Below are positions 40,547 through 51,400 of a stretch of 64,000 bases of DNA, piece by piece; positions within the stretch are counted from its first letter, which is position 1; each line of letters starts with the position of its first letter. The notes under the pieces were generated by a model. It was given only the letters and a program-made list of their open reading frames with translations. It had not been told where the DNA came from and did no database searches. The stretch is from a candidate division WWE3 bacterium RAAC2_WWE3_1. GTDB lineage: Bacteria; Patescibacteriota; WWE3; UBA101185; UBA10185. A program made the position numbers and the translations under genes. The stretch covers positions 657,680 to 721,679 of the forward strand of contig CP006914.1 in NCBI GenBank assembly GCA_000503835.1, written 5' to 3'.

Positions 40547-41350
40547 ATGTTCTTTGTGAAAAATAATTTCTTAAAAGTGTTGGGCATAGTATTTGTGCTT
40601 TCTCTTTCTATGACAACCACGACCGCCCCCTCTGTGTTTGCTGCTGAGGGTGGGGTGTGCTCGGGGTACACCTTACACAATACATGTGGCGGACAGAAAA
40701 CAGCGGATGGGCTCGAGTGCACTTGTGCGGTGGGGTACCGTTGTTTGGCCCCAAGCCTGTCTTGTTACTGCCAGAAAGATGATACGTGCGGTGTTGCCAC
40801 GGATATTTGTGATGCTGCCCACGAGGGTCAGTGCGGGGTTGCAGGGGGTTGTGGTAAAACAACAACAGTTTGTAAGAAGACGGTTGCAACCGTAAGCGGA
40901 GGCTCTCCGGTATATAACTACGACTGCGTATACGATTACTCTTCTCCGTGTGCATGCGTGTTGGGGCAAACATGCCCTGACGATGGTATCCACCAGTGTC
41001 TTCCTACCGGAGGTTGCTGGGCACCAACACCGACAAGTACAGGAGACTACACTTCAGGAGAATGGGTGTATAACGAACCTGAGTACAAAGGTCCTATAAT
41101 CACGGATATTGCCGGCCTTCTCGCCCCTGTTTTTAAAATCCTTTTCTACGCCGGCATTTTCATTGGAATATTAGGCATTATTTACTCAGGCTATCTGTTA
41201 ATCGCAAGCGAAGGCGACCCCGGAAGGGCAAAAGAAGGCAAAGATCAATTTACCGCAGCCATTTTAGGCACCCTTTTCGTGCTGTTGTCAGTATTAATAC
41301 TGCGGGTTATAATTAACAACATCCTGGGTGTTACCAACTCAGTATTGTAA
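40547..41350 (+). CDS. VirB2/TrbC-like pilin fused to a Cys-rich N-terminal domain
   Basis: Signal peptide; about 20 Cys; C-terminal IIYSGY..IASEGDP...KEGK..FT.AILG pilin motif. Confidence 0.75.
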   Translation: MFFVKNNFLKVLGIVFVLSLSMTTTTAPSVFAAEGGVCSGYTLHNTCGGQKTADGLECTCAVGYRCLAPSLSCYCQKDDTCGVATDICDAAHEGQCGVAGGCGKTTTVCKKTVATVSGGSPVYNYDCVYDYSSPCACVLGQTCPDDGIHQCLPTGGCWAPTPTSTGDYTSGEWVYNEPEYKGPIITDIAGLLAPVFKILFYAGIFIGILGIIYSGYLLIASEGDPGRAKEGKDQFTAAILGTLFVLLSVLILRVIINNILGVTNSVL

Positions 41351-41390
41351 CTGGTTTTTTTGAGGGAGGTGTAGAAACTAAATAATTAAT

Positions 41391-41717
41391 ATGAACTTAT
41401 TATCTTTGTTAGAATCAAAGGTTTACGCGGCTGCTGCTCCTGTCGATAAAATAGAAGGTATTCCGGTTAGTAGCGTTAACGAACTCGTTACAGTTATAAC
41501 AAACATCCTTATTATTGTTGGAGTAGCTGTTGTCGTAATCTTTTTGGCCATGGGGTTTATTAAGTACATTACTTCAGGAGGAGACAAGAACGCTGTAGAT
41601 TCCGCGCAGAAGACACTTACCTACGCGGTCATCGGAGGAGTCGGGCTGCTTATAGTTTATGGGTTAAGAACGCTGCTATTGAACTTGCTGAATGCCCAGT
41701 CTCTTGAGGGCTATTAA
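41391..41717 (+). CDS. VirB2/TrbC-like pilin
   Basis: KVYA cleavage-like site; GFIKYITSGGDK..V.SAQKTLTYAVIG. GGAGG Shine-Dalgarno-like sequence upstream. Confidence 0.8.
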   Translation: MNLLSLLESKVYAAAAPVDKIEGIPVSSVNELVTVITNILIIVGVAVVVIFLAMGFIKYITSGGDKNAVDSAQKTLTYAVIGGVGLLIVYGLRTLLLNLLNAQSLEGY

Positions 41718-41750
41718 CCACGGGGCCGCCGCTTTAGTTTGCTATTAAGT

Positions 41751-41771
41751 GGGCCCGGTAGGCCCGGGCCC
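41751..41771. terminator. GC-rich hairpin between pilin genes
   Basis: GGGCCCGG-taggc-CCGGGCCC with no clear U-tract. May be a stabiliser or attenuator. Confidence 0.4.
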
Positions 41772-41797
41772 CCGTTATAATTTAGGAGTTTATTCAT

Positions 41798-42109
41798 ATG
41801 AGACCTTTCGAGTGGCTGGAAAGTGCTGTATCCAGCGTACCTATAGCTGTAGAGACAAATAAAGGAACGAATTTAACCGGGCTGGCGGTTATGTTTGCGA
41901 ATGTTGCCGTAATCATAGGGTTTGGCGTATCTCTTATAGGGCTTGCCTACTCCTTTATCATTTATATTACAAGTGGGGGGGATCCTAAATCAGTACAGAG
42001 AGCTCAAAGGTCTGCGACATGGTCAATCCTAGGTCTACTAGTGAGCTTGGCTGCATGGGGTATAAAAACTGTGCTACTTAACCTCTTGAATGTTACTGAT
42101 ATTTATTAA
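41798..42109 (+). CDS. VirB2/TrbC-like pilin
   Basis: YITSGGDPKSVQRAQRSATWSILG. Confidence 0.8.
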   Translation: MRPFEWLESAVSSVPIAVETNKGTNLTGLAVMFANVAVIIGFGVSLIGLAYSFIIYITSGGDPKSVQRAQRSATWSILGLLVSLAAWGIKTVLLNLLNVTDIY

Positions 42110-42121
42110 TATCTAATTTTT

Positions 42122-42601
42122 ATGCTAAATCTACTTATATTAAAAATCATTAAATTTACAAAAATATTTTTCGTTCCTGTTTTTTATATTTTTCTTTCCT
42201 ATATTTTTTCACCGGTATTGTTTGCGGCGAATTTTGATGAACCTACATTAGGCCAGGCAAGGCCACTTCTTGTCAGCATCATGAACTGGCTGGTGTTTCT
42301 TGTCGGAATAGTATTTGTTATTGTCGTGGTTTACGGTGCCTGGAAAGCTTCGACAGCAACAGGGGACCCCCGTGGCCTCGACTCTGCGAAGAGCACCTGG
42401 AGCTACGCCATTTTCGGGCTGTTAGTTGTAGCAGGGTTTTTTGCTCTCTACACAATCATTTCCGGGCTTTTTGGTTTCAAGATAGGCTTTACAGAAATTT
42501 TTGACGGAATTTTTGACGGTATTTCGGAGCTTACTCAGATAGCAATTCCCAGTCCTGCGCCGTTACCTCCCCCAAGTGAACCTCCGCAGCAACCGCAGTA
42601 A
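42122..42601 (+). CDS. VirB2/TrbC-like pilin with Pro-rich tail
   Basis: YGAWK..TATGDPRGLDSAKSTWSYAIFG. Confidence 0.75.
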   Translation: MLNLLILKIIKFTKIFFVPVFYIFLSYIFSPVLFAANFDEPTLGQARPLLVSIMNWLVFLVGIVFVIVVVYGAWKASTATGDPRGLDSAKSTWSYAIFGLLVVAGFFALYTIISGLFGFKIGFTEIFDGIFDGISELTQIAIPSPAPLPPPSEPPQQPQ

Positions 42602-42645
42602 AAAGCCTTGGAAGCCGTACTCGACGTTTTCCCGGTTCTGTGAGA

Positions 42646-43245
42646 TCAATAGAAAGATCTGTCCGGTGAATCCTGAAAGACTGAAGAAAAAACCTGTTTG
42701 AACTGACTGAGCGGCATTGGGTCGAAAGTTGCCACATAGTAAACTTGCCCGGAATATTCCTCGAATACCACAGCCACACCCTGTTGGGTATAAACGTGAA
42801 CGGTTCCCACACTGGAGTTTGAGAGATACATTACAGCGTCCGGTGTCCCTAACTTGTAATATTCTTTTAAACTGGTTACGTTTTTTTCCTGGTCAGTTGC
42901 CGCCGGTCTCATTACTCCCACCACTTTTGTTTCTTCATTAGTTATGACATCGACGGAACGGTAGGTGTCTTTATCCGTGTACCTGTTTATGGTAAATCCC
43001 TTCCCAATATTTTCCTGGCCAACTTTTTCGAGATTTTGGTGGGTTTCTTCTACGCTTGATATTGTGTCGCCGGGTGTTTGATCCAGGGGGTATGTCGTAA
43101 CGACGCTCTGCTCTCCGGTCGAAGTGGTAAATCCTGCCGGGGGAGTGCCTTCCTTTGGTTTTTCTGTGTTTGTAACTGCAAGCAATATAATCAGTGCGAC
43201 AGCCAAAATAATGTAGGGAGTGTATTTTTTAATCCGGTTTAACAT
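42646..43245 (-). CDS. hypothetical exported protein
   Basis: Probable start MLNRIKK (43245), with GATAAT 6 nt upstream, followed by a signal/TM segment. Confidence 0.65.
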   Translation of the reverse strand: MLNRIKKYTPYIILAVALIILLAVTNTEKPKEGTPPAGFTTSTGEQSVVTTYPLDQTPGDTISSVEETHQNLEKVGQENIGKGFTINRYTDKDTYRSVDVITNEETKVVGVMRPAATDQEKNVTSLKEYYKLGTPDAVMYLSNSSVGTVHVYTQQGVAVVFEEYSGQVYYVATFDPMPLSQFKQVFSSVFQDSPDRSFY

Positions 43246-43252
43246 ATTTTTA

Positions 43253-46200
43253 TTATCGTACAAATAATACTTCCTGAGCAAACCTTTGATGCACCGGGAA
43301 TTTATCCCAAAAGGCGTTGTAGTCGCCAAGAGGGTAAGTAAGTTTTGCTGTTGCCGAGCAGGAACCGAAAGTATTTATTGCTACCATGTCGCCGATAGTT
43401 TCGGCGAAATCCTCGCCGGTGCTGTTATTCGTGGTGCAGTTTCCGTCATACGTAGGTAATGTTTTTCCGCCCTCAAGTCCCTTTACGGAGTCAAATCCTC
43501 CAGGGAACCCCGGTACGGCGGTACTTGTGTTTAACCGCCAAAAATTATAAATGTGTCCCAATTCGTGAGCCAGGAGATAGCTTGTGGCATTTAACCTTGT
43601 GTAGTAGCTGGTGCATGTGTCGTTAAAAGTTATTATTCCGCTCCCCGAAGCGAATCCGCAGTACCCGCCTCCGCCGCTTACTCTGCTAAGCGTTATCTTT
43701 TTGTCATCCGAACAAAGAGTGCCCAAAAAAGTTCCTGTAATTCCCGAGATGTTCCACAAAGCGGCCTCAAAGTTTGCTCTTTCACCTCCGGGGAAGCCTT
43801 GAAATACAAAGCAATCCATGGGAACCGGAGGAGTCCCTATCCTTAAATATCTGGCGAAGGTAACCGTTTCTGCGGCGGTTCCCTGAAAGCTTGGGGTTTC
43901 CACCGAAAGCGTGTTTTTTAATAACGAGTTTTCAAAAGCGGTGCCTAGTGAAACCCCGTTAAGGGTTAGCGTGTAAGTTTCCCCCGCCGTGAACGCCCCA
44001 AGATTTTGATTGTCTGCGAGAGTCGCAACCGTCGTTTCCCCGTTCTTAGTTAGCTGAGTGACCACATCGGAAAACACGACTGAGGCTCCTTCGATGTCGA
44101 CCTTGGGAGTAATCCTTATCGTGTACGTTGCCGTTATTCCGGGTACGAGTTCGCCGTTATCCAGACTCTCCGTAGGGTTGAGTTTATTTGGTGTTCCACT
44201 GGCAAACGAAACCTCCACGTCCTTTTCAATTTTAATCAGTGCGTTTTCTCCTTGGGGAAGTCCGGCCCCCGTTCCTCCATACCCGCTATTGTCCCTGGTT
44301 GGGTCGATTGGAGATATAGAACTGAGGACAGTTCCGAACAATCCGTATACCAGAATATAGATTAGTATTAGCGGAATTCCTATAACATACATTGAAAACT
44401 TAACGACTTGCCCAATCTCTTTGTCTATTTGCGCTATTGCTTTGTTTATATCTCCCTGAGCCAATGCGCCCACAAAGTTTTGTCCGAATTCAACAACTTT
44501 TCTTGTTATGAAACGTACGAGGGGTTTTAAAACTTTTTCTATCAAATAATCCAAGACAACGGTGGCACCGCCGGTTGCTGCATGAAGGAATTTGGTCGCA
44601 AGTTCGGTTATTATAGTAGCAACTACTTCTGAGATTTTTTCTGCAACGATCGTTTTTATTTGTAGAACGGGACGGATAGCTTTTTGAAACAGGGCAAAGC
44701 CGAAGATTTTGTTTTGGAGTTTGTTCAGTCCTACCCCCAATCTCTGAATTGCACCGGAGAACTCCTTGGTTATCTTTAGAGACCCATAGAATTGGTTTTC
44801 TTTATTCAGACCATTGAAAAGTGCAAGGACGCGTTTTTGGGTGTCTGCGTCCATTGCCTGGAAATCGTCCCAAGAAATTCCAACAGATGCTCCGTTTGTT
44901 TTTAGCCATTCCTTAAAATCGTCGATTTGCTTTTGTACGATTTCTAGAAAATGATCGTCTTTGCTCCAAAAACCCGGTAGTTTTTCACCATAAATCTTTA
45001 CAAGCTTTCCATTTTTGTCCAGGACAGTGTCTGTGATTTTTCTTGCTGTTCCATCCGCTGTTTTCCCTCTAATCAAGTCCAGCAAATCGTCATCACTGAG
45101 GTGACTAACGTTTGATAGTGTGTTCCCTAAAGTTTCAACCGCTGCTAATTTTTTATCTCCAAGAAAGGTCGCTCCTATTTTATTACCGCCCTGAAATACT
45201 CCATCTTTATTGTCAAGTTCTACAGTAAATTTATGACGGAAGACATCATTAAAGCGTTTACTGTTTCTCAGTCCATCGGAAATGTAGTTATCGTCGATAA
45301 CTAGTCCAAAATATCCGACTTTGTTGAGAGTTTGTGTCGCAATCTCCCCCGGGGTATACCCGACCAGTTTCTTAGATAGCTTGTTCCAAACGTACCTCTC
45401 CATAAACTTTCCTTCTGTTACAGCGTCGTAAAATTCCTGTATAGCGTAAGAACCTCTATCTATCTCCAACCTGGAGGCCACCATTCGTGCTTTGTTCGCA
45501 AAAAACCCTTTGTAAACTTGTCCGTCCTTTTGGAAAAGCTGTTCCAAAGTTTCTCCGTTTAGATTTGGTTGTTTTGACAACTGCTCTAGCTCACTGAGAT
45601 AGGTGCCTATTTGAAACCTTTTATCAACACTTGTTAGTTTTCCGGGCAGTATGATGTCGCTTTCCATCTGTCTCAACAGACCGCGGTGAATACTCGTGTC
45701 GAACAAACCACCTCCGGTTAGTTCTTTTCCGTTCACAGTGATGTTCGCTATTTTGTTATATAACTGGCGGTCGTCTCCTGTGTACGTATTAAGAGCGTCT
45801 TGTACTTTACGTAGATACTCTTTATACATGTCAGTATGTTTCTGAAGTGCTGTTGCGGATGCCAGATCAATTTTCTTTACACGCTCAATAGTCTGGTCAA
45901 TCGAGTCGTCCCCGGTTGCTGCCAACCTATTAGAGATGTTTGTTTTTAAAGACGCCATTTTTGCTTCAAATCGCGTCTGAGTTCCTGTCGGACTTTCTTT
46001 GGAGTCCCAACGGGCTTCTTCGTCCGTGCTTCCGGAAATTCTCGCTTTGAGGGCACTTTTAAGTCCGAACCTACCTGATATAGCTCCGTCCATAACTATA
46101 TCCATATCGTTGGCCAGTTTGTTTTTTTCGGCTAATATTTTTACGGCATTTTGGAAGTTTTCCGCTTGTTTGGGGTCGGAATAGAGTTGCGAAAAGAGCT

Positions 46201-47074
46201 CTACACGGCTTTTGGATTTGGTCAGTGGATTTCCCTTGCTGTCGACTTTCTGGACTCCTGCCTCGTCGAGGTCGGGCACATTGTATTTTCCATTAAGCTC
46301 TGCTCCAATTCCTTTGGATAGAGATGATACAAAGCTGTCGAACTTGCCGTCCCTTTTCTGACCGGCCTGCATAACTTTTTGGACATCCACAACATTCTTA
46401 GCCATCGTTTCATAAATTTTTCCCACCCCGTCGACGTAGTCGGCTTCAGGAAAGTTGAAAAGTGCTCCACTGCTGTCCGGAGAACCTGCCATTGCCTTAG
46501 TTGCGGAGGTAATTGACACTCCTCCCTCTCTTCCCAGGGGGCTAACATCCTCTTGCAATCCCATCGCAACTCGCCACATACCCGATTTAACACGGGTGTC
46601 GTAGTCAGTTAAATCTACCGGCCACGCTTCAAGCCCCCAGCCTTTTTTCTGGAACCGTAGACCGGTGCCGGCCTTTATCCAGCTTTTCGCCGTTTTTTCC
46701 AACACCTTGCCGGGATCCTGCCATTCTGCCGGGTCGAGGGTCAGGCTGATGCTAGATACGCCCGGCATAACGTCTTGGTCGTAATCATCCATCTGCTCTA
46801 CCGGTATATCGCCAGGATTGTAAGTTGCTTTCAGATTGCTCTTAAAGTCATCAACATATCTATCTAAAAACCACTTAGGAAGATTTCCCGCGTCAAAAGA
46901 CATCTGATCCAACTGCTCCAGCCAGTAGTCGGCATTGTATTCATATTTTCCTAGGGGAACTCCGGGGGGCGGTCTATAAGCCCTTTGTCCTTGAGAATAC
47001 CCCGGAAAAAGCGGGTTGGTAGAGTCCCCCTCTTTTTGTGGTATGTACCCCGGAAATAGGGGATTGTTTGCCAT
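43253..47074 (-). CDS. large membrane protein with C-terminal Ig-like and zincin (HExxH) domains
   Basis: 1273 aa; hydrophobic segment at about aa 895-925; IKIEKDV...TYTIRIT Ig-like domain; LAHELGH...EDFAE metalloprotease motif. Confidence 0.7.
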   Translation of the reverse strand: MANNPLFPGYIPQKEGDSTNPLFPGYSQGQRAYRPPPGVPLGKYEYNADYWLEQLDQMSFDAGNLPKWFLDRYVDDFKSNLKATYNPGDIPVEQMDDYDQDVMPGVSSISLTLDPAEWQDPGKVLEKTAKSWIKAGTGLRFQKKGWGLEAWPVDLTDYDTRVKSGMWRVAMGLQEDVSPLGREGGVSITSATKAMAGSPDSSGALFNFPEADYVDGVGKIYETMAKNVVDVQKVMQAGQKRDGKFDSFVSSLSKGIGAELNGKYNVPDLDEAGVQKVDSKGNPLTKSKSRVELFSQLYSDPKQAENFQNAVKILAEKNKLANDMDIVMDGAISGRFGLKSALKARISGSTDEEARWDSKESPTGTQTRFEAKMASLKTNISNRLAATGDDSIDQTIERVKKIDLASATALQKHTDMYKEYLRKVQDALNTYTGDDRQLYNKIANITVNGKELTGGGLFDTSIHRGLLRQMESDIILPGKLTSVDKRFQIGTYLSELEQLSKQPNLNGETLEQLFQKDGQVYKGFFANKARMVASRLEIDRGSYAIQEFYDAVTEGKFMERYVWNKLSKKLVGYTPGEIATQTLNKVGYFGLVIDDNYISDGLRNSKRFNDVFRHKFTVELDNKDGVFQGGNKIGATFLGDKKLAAVETLGNTLSNVSHLSDDDLLDLIRGKTADGTARKITDTVLDKNGKLVKIYGEKLPGFWSKDDHFLEIVQKQIDDFKEWLKTNGASVGISWDDFQAMDADTQKRVLALFNGLNKENQFYGSLKITKEFSGAIQRLGVGLNKLQNKIFGFALFQKAIRPVLQIKTIVAEKISEVVATIITELATKFLHAATGGATVVLDYLIEKVLKPLVRFITRKVVEFGQNFVGALAQGDINKAIAQIDKEIGQVVKFSMYVIGIPLILIYILVYGLFGTVLSSISPIDPTRDNSGYGGTGAGLPQGENALIKIEKDVEVSFASGTPNKLNPTESLDNGELVPGITATYTIRITPKVDIEGASVVFSDVVTQLTKNGETTVATLADNQNLGAFTAGETYTLTLNGVSLGTAFENSLLKNTLSVETPSFQGTAAETVTFARYLRIGTPPVPMDCFVFQGFPGGERANFEAALWNISGITGTFLGTLCSDDKKITLSRVSGGGGYCGFASGSGIITFNDTCTSYYTRLNATSYLLAHELGHIYNFWRLNTSTAVPGFPGGFDSVKGLEGGKTLPTYDGNCTTNNSTGEDFAETIGDMVAINTFGSCSATAKLTYPLGDYNAFWDKFPVHQRFAQEVLFVR

Positions 47075-47131
47075 ATGATAGTATTCTATAATTAGGGGGA
47101 CAAAAAGGAAACCATCTATTTAAAGGAATTT

Positions 47132-48472
47132 ATGAGTAAAACAACGAAATTTTTATTACCCGTCGTCATTTTTTCAATCATATTTTCTCTTGTACAGGGA
47201 TCTGTTTTTGCCGCCGACCCGAAGTGCGAGGTTGAAAAAAGAATGTTCGATAAAAACCTTTTCAGCGACTTATTAGGAATTCCTCTAACTACAAAAGATT
47301 TTGTTACATCCGTGGCCACTTCGGCATATAGCACCGTCTCAGGATTTGGAATAACCGAGACCGTAAATTGCGGTAGCTATGTGGCCACCAAACTGAGTTT
47401 ACCTACAACAGGAGGCATCGGATACTTTTACGATTGCTCGGGGACCGACACAGCGGTGTGTGATCAAATGTTGAATTCCCAACCTTCCGGGGGTTCGGCA
47501 GGAACAACCAATTGGTTAGCTTCCTACTCACAAAGTCGGGTTGCAGGAACGTTGCTGGGCGCGGCTTACTTAACTGAAAATTTCACAATGAACGAACCTT
47601 TGCCCGCCAACCTTGCTTTTTATGTCAACGATACTTTATCAAGGGTTCCGATAGTTAACAAAACGTTTGCGGCAACACAGGACTACGGTCACGCTCTGCT
47701 TAATTCGATTTTGGGTACCTGGAAAGTATTCCGAAATCTTGCATATGCTTTGATGGCTATCATCCTTCTTTACACAGGAATAATTATTATCTTGAGAAGA
47801 AAAATCAGTTCTCAGCTGGTGGTCAGCGTTCAGTACGCTTTGCCCAGAATAATAATAGCCATAATACTAATCACATTCAGTTATCCGATTGGAGCTACCA
47901 TCGGAAGTTTGGGTTGGACTTTATTTAAAAGTAATTGGGCAATCGCAGAAAGCATTTTCAGGGACAGTTTTGCAGGAACCGCTATAGCAGGCACTATTGC
48001 GCAGGGAGGGGCTCTCAGACTTTGGGCAACCATGATTCCCTTGATTTCTTTAACAGGTACCGGACCTATATTTTTATTGGCGATAGTTGCGATTGTAATT
48101 ATATATTTGGTCGCCGGTCTGATATTTAACTTCAAAGCAATAATCATTTATATCAAGATAATACTTTCAATACTAACTGCCCCGCTGGAATTTGCACTGG
48201 GTGCCGTGCCCGGAAACGACGAAAAGATAAAAGGGTGGTTTATGAGAATGGCCAAATATACGCTCACGTTGTTCGCGATGGGTATTATTCTGCCTCTGGG
48301 AACGATCATCGCTATGTTCGTTGCTCTGGATTACGCTGTTGAAACTGCAGGTGTCGGAGTACTTTTATCGATGGCAATGCCGATTTTCATAATTCTCTAC
48401 TGTTTCGGAATAGGAATAGGAATGGAAAAGAGAATTGAAGAGTTTATGGGTACGGGTCAGAAGAAAAGATAA
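47132..48472 (+). CDS. VirB6/TrbL-like polytopic membrane protein
   Basis: Signal peptide; W..FRNLAY, ALPRIIIAIILITFSY.I and IILSILTAPL..ALGAVPG. Located in the pilin locus. Confidence 0.65.
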   Translation: MSKTTKFLLPVVIFSIIFSLVQGSVFAADPKCEVEKRMFDKNLFSDLLGIPLTTKDFVTSVATSAYSTVSGFGITETVNCGSYVATKLSLPTTGGIGYFYDCSGTDTAVCDQMLNSQPSGGSAGTTNWLASYSQSRVAGTLLGAAYLTENFTMNEPLPANLAFYVNDTLSRVPIVNKTFAATQDYGHALLNSILGTWKVFRNLAYALMAIILLYTGIIIILRRKISSQLVVSVQYALPRIIIAIILITFSYPIGATIGSLGWTLFKSNWAIAESIFRDSFAGTAIAGTIAQGGALRLWATMIPLISLTGTGPIFLLAIVAIVIIYLVAGLIFNFKAIIIYIKIILSILTAPLEFALGAVPGNDEKIKGWFMRMAKYTLTLFAMGIILPLGTIIAMFVALDYAVETAGVGVLLSMAMPIFIILYCFGIGIGMEKRIEEFMGTGQKKR

Positions 48473-48487
48473 TCAGCGTTAGTTTGT

Positions 48488-51400
48488 TTAGTTCGGTAGT
48501 TGCGTTGCGCTGCCTCCTGCGTAGCACGAGCTCCACAGGATACCTTTTTCCGTCCAGTAACCTGCTAGTTCAGTATCAGCGTATGCCCCGACCCTATTTC
48601 CTCCAAATGCAAGATCCTTTATCGATTCGGAGGCTTGGGGCCATGTCAAATTTGCGCAACCTGAACCGGATAATTCTTTAGCCGCAGCGAACGTGGCATC
48701 AAGGAAGTTACATCTGGACGCGACAGCGCTTCTTCCGGCGGACAGGGCATCCAGTTCTGAGGAAATGTCCACTTTATCAAACCAAGTCTTTATCCAATCG
48801 TAAGGTCCTATAGCTGCAGTGTTTGTGTCGTCGCATTGGGACACCTTACCATACCAGGGAAAGCTGGCTTCAAAAAGAGCCTGTTCGCCTGCAGTTGAAA
48901 ACAGATATTGATACAAAGGTATGTCCGGTTTGTGCACAACTTTTAGATAGGTTATTATCGATGCTGCCGGTACCTGATATATACTTGCAGCCGCGTCCAC
49001 AATTAATCTGAAGGTGGGGGAGAGTGCTCCGATGCCGCTTCCAAAATTATTTGTGCACTCCTGTGTAGTGGAAAGTTGGCACGCGGGAACTAAGCTTTGC
49101 GCAAGCACATTTGGATCTATTATTTCAGGAATAGGCACCGGATTGAGGGGGCATAACCATCCTGTGCTGGAGCCTAGCTCGCTGTTAATACAGTGATAGT
49201 TTAAAGTATCTCCTCCGGAATAGGGATTAACGTATAGTGCGTGGGCAGATATCATTTTATATTCCGGAGCAGCCCCCCCGAATCCCATAATGTCTTTATT
49301 CTTATTCTCAGAAACATTGGTAGTGTCCTGACTTACCGATGTGTTAGCGGACATAAAAGCAAGATTTCCGTAAACTTTGTTTGTGAGGGGGTGAGAAAGC
49401 TTTTTCCACATTTCGTTATTTATTATTTTTGTGGAATCTAAGCCAACATCCGGAGTTGCTTCCCTGAAAGTTGATTGTGATGATCTAAAGTTGGAGTCTT
49501 TGGAAACGGAGGCGGCGCAGGTATACGGGCCTGCGTCCTGCAAGTTACATGCATGCCCCTTGTCGCTTTCATCCACCCTCTTTATTGCGCAGGAAGTATT
49601 TTCTTGGCCGACACAGTATTCCCTAGGTCCTATCTCACCGGGACAGTTGTAAACTACGCACCCTGAAGAAGGCATGGTGTTCAGACTTCCCCAATAGCTG
49701 TCGGAACTCTCAGCGGGGCAGGTGACGTTGGCGTCCAGATTGTAACCATAATTTTGACTCATACAGGAGAGATCCGGAGTTCCCCCACTCATGCAATCTA
49801 TGTTTTTTTCTATGCATTGTTGGATTAGTGTAGTGTCCCCTGTTGTCGGACATTGTTCTGTTTTAACTGATGGAGCGCAGCCATACTTTACGACGCTTCC
49901 ATTGACCACCTGGCAAGTGCAGGTTTCCACTTCCTGTACCGTCACACAGTTTTCAACCTTGCATGTTCTTGTAATTTCGCTCGGAGCTGGGGCATTCCAA
50001 CGTTCGTAACAGCTATCTCCGACACCTATCTCGTTCCAAGGGTAGCAGGCTGAATTTCCCCACTGGTCGCTGGATAAATTTGCTGTGGTAGGCAGTCCGA
50101 AAACATTCTCAAAATTCTCCTCGCTCAGGTCAAATCCTACCTGTATGTCGTCTCTTAAGTCTCCTGCGCCCGGGTCAAGGTTATAAGTACTGGTTCTGTC
50201 AAAATACGATTTGTTGTCCGACCCTAGACCGCTATTAATCGCCGCACCTATCCATGTGAGAAACAAGGTAATAGGATTATAGCTTCCCGAGCCGTGGGAT
50301 GACGTCAAAAGACTGTCGTATATATCCATTCTCTTTGTGACCTCGTTTGTAAGGTTCTCGTAGGCATACTCTCTGAATTTTGCGGCCGTTGTATAGAATA
50401 TGGTGGAGGTGGCTGTTCTTTTGCCTTTTGGGCTTAATTCTACGGTATCAAAATAATGGTCCTGGTTGCCTTTAAAATCATTATTCATATCCACAGTAGC
50501 TTCGTTTTGCGGTAAGAACACGTCGTTGTGGTTGTTAACATTGGAATTTTCGCAGAATGAGAGTAAGTTTGATCCCGCATCCTCTATTTTGATTGTTCCC
50601 TGGTCATAGAGCGCTTTATCTTCCAATGTTTCCCCCGGCCTTTGAAGGACGTAACTTAAACTATAGCTGGTTTTACTAAGCTCTGATGTAGCAATCCCCG
50701 CCATAATGGGTGTAAGTCCGTTGTTTCTGGATAGGGCGTAGTTATTATCCGAGTAGTATGTTCCTCCCTTTACGGGAACACCGCCCTTTTCTTGGTTTCT
50801 GGTAAACGTTTTTTGATTTACGCCGGCTCCGTAAAAAGTATCGTTTGTTCCTTCAAAGCTGTACCCAACCTTTGTTGATGTACCTTTATTTCCGAAAAAA
50901 TATGAAAATTCAGGATTCCAGTATGTTTTATCCAGAACAAACGTGCACCCTGCTTTACCGGGCGTGCAGTAGCTCCATGGGGGTTGTATGTCGCCTATTT
51001 TTATCTTTGTCCCGCCTTTTTGGCAAACGTATGTACCTTTTATACTGTCATCTAAAGTTGCTTCAGTCTCCGATAGTAAGATTGCAGGATTAGCCAAATT
51101 TCTGGCGGGCCCTGCGCTGTATTGTCTATTTCTATAATCTCCTTCAACTGTCGCACTTGCAGAATTGCATGATTTTAGTTCATCGCATTCGGGCAAAACA
51201 TCTTTGGTCGTATCGTTCCTTTCTCTTAGGTAAACGCTTCCTCTGCAGTTACTGAAAATTGTGTGCAGAAGCTGAGCAGGGGCGGTGGGGTTTTGCGAAT
51301 AATTTACGACATCCTGTCTGGCAGTAATGTCTTTAAAGAATAACAAGGAGTTTTTAATCGGAATATTAGGTAAAAAATTCATCCTGGTAAACAGGGCGTT

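Noticed and set aside
42496-42520. Short tandem duplication ATTTTTGACGG in the fourth pilin
   Set aside because: Only two in-frame copies (IFDG IFDG); no evidence of function.
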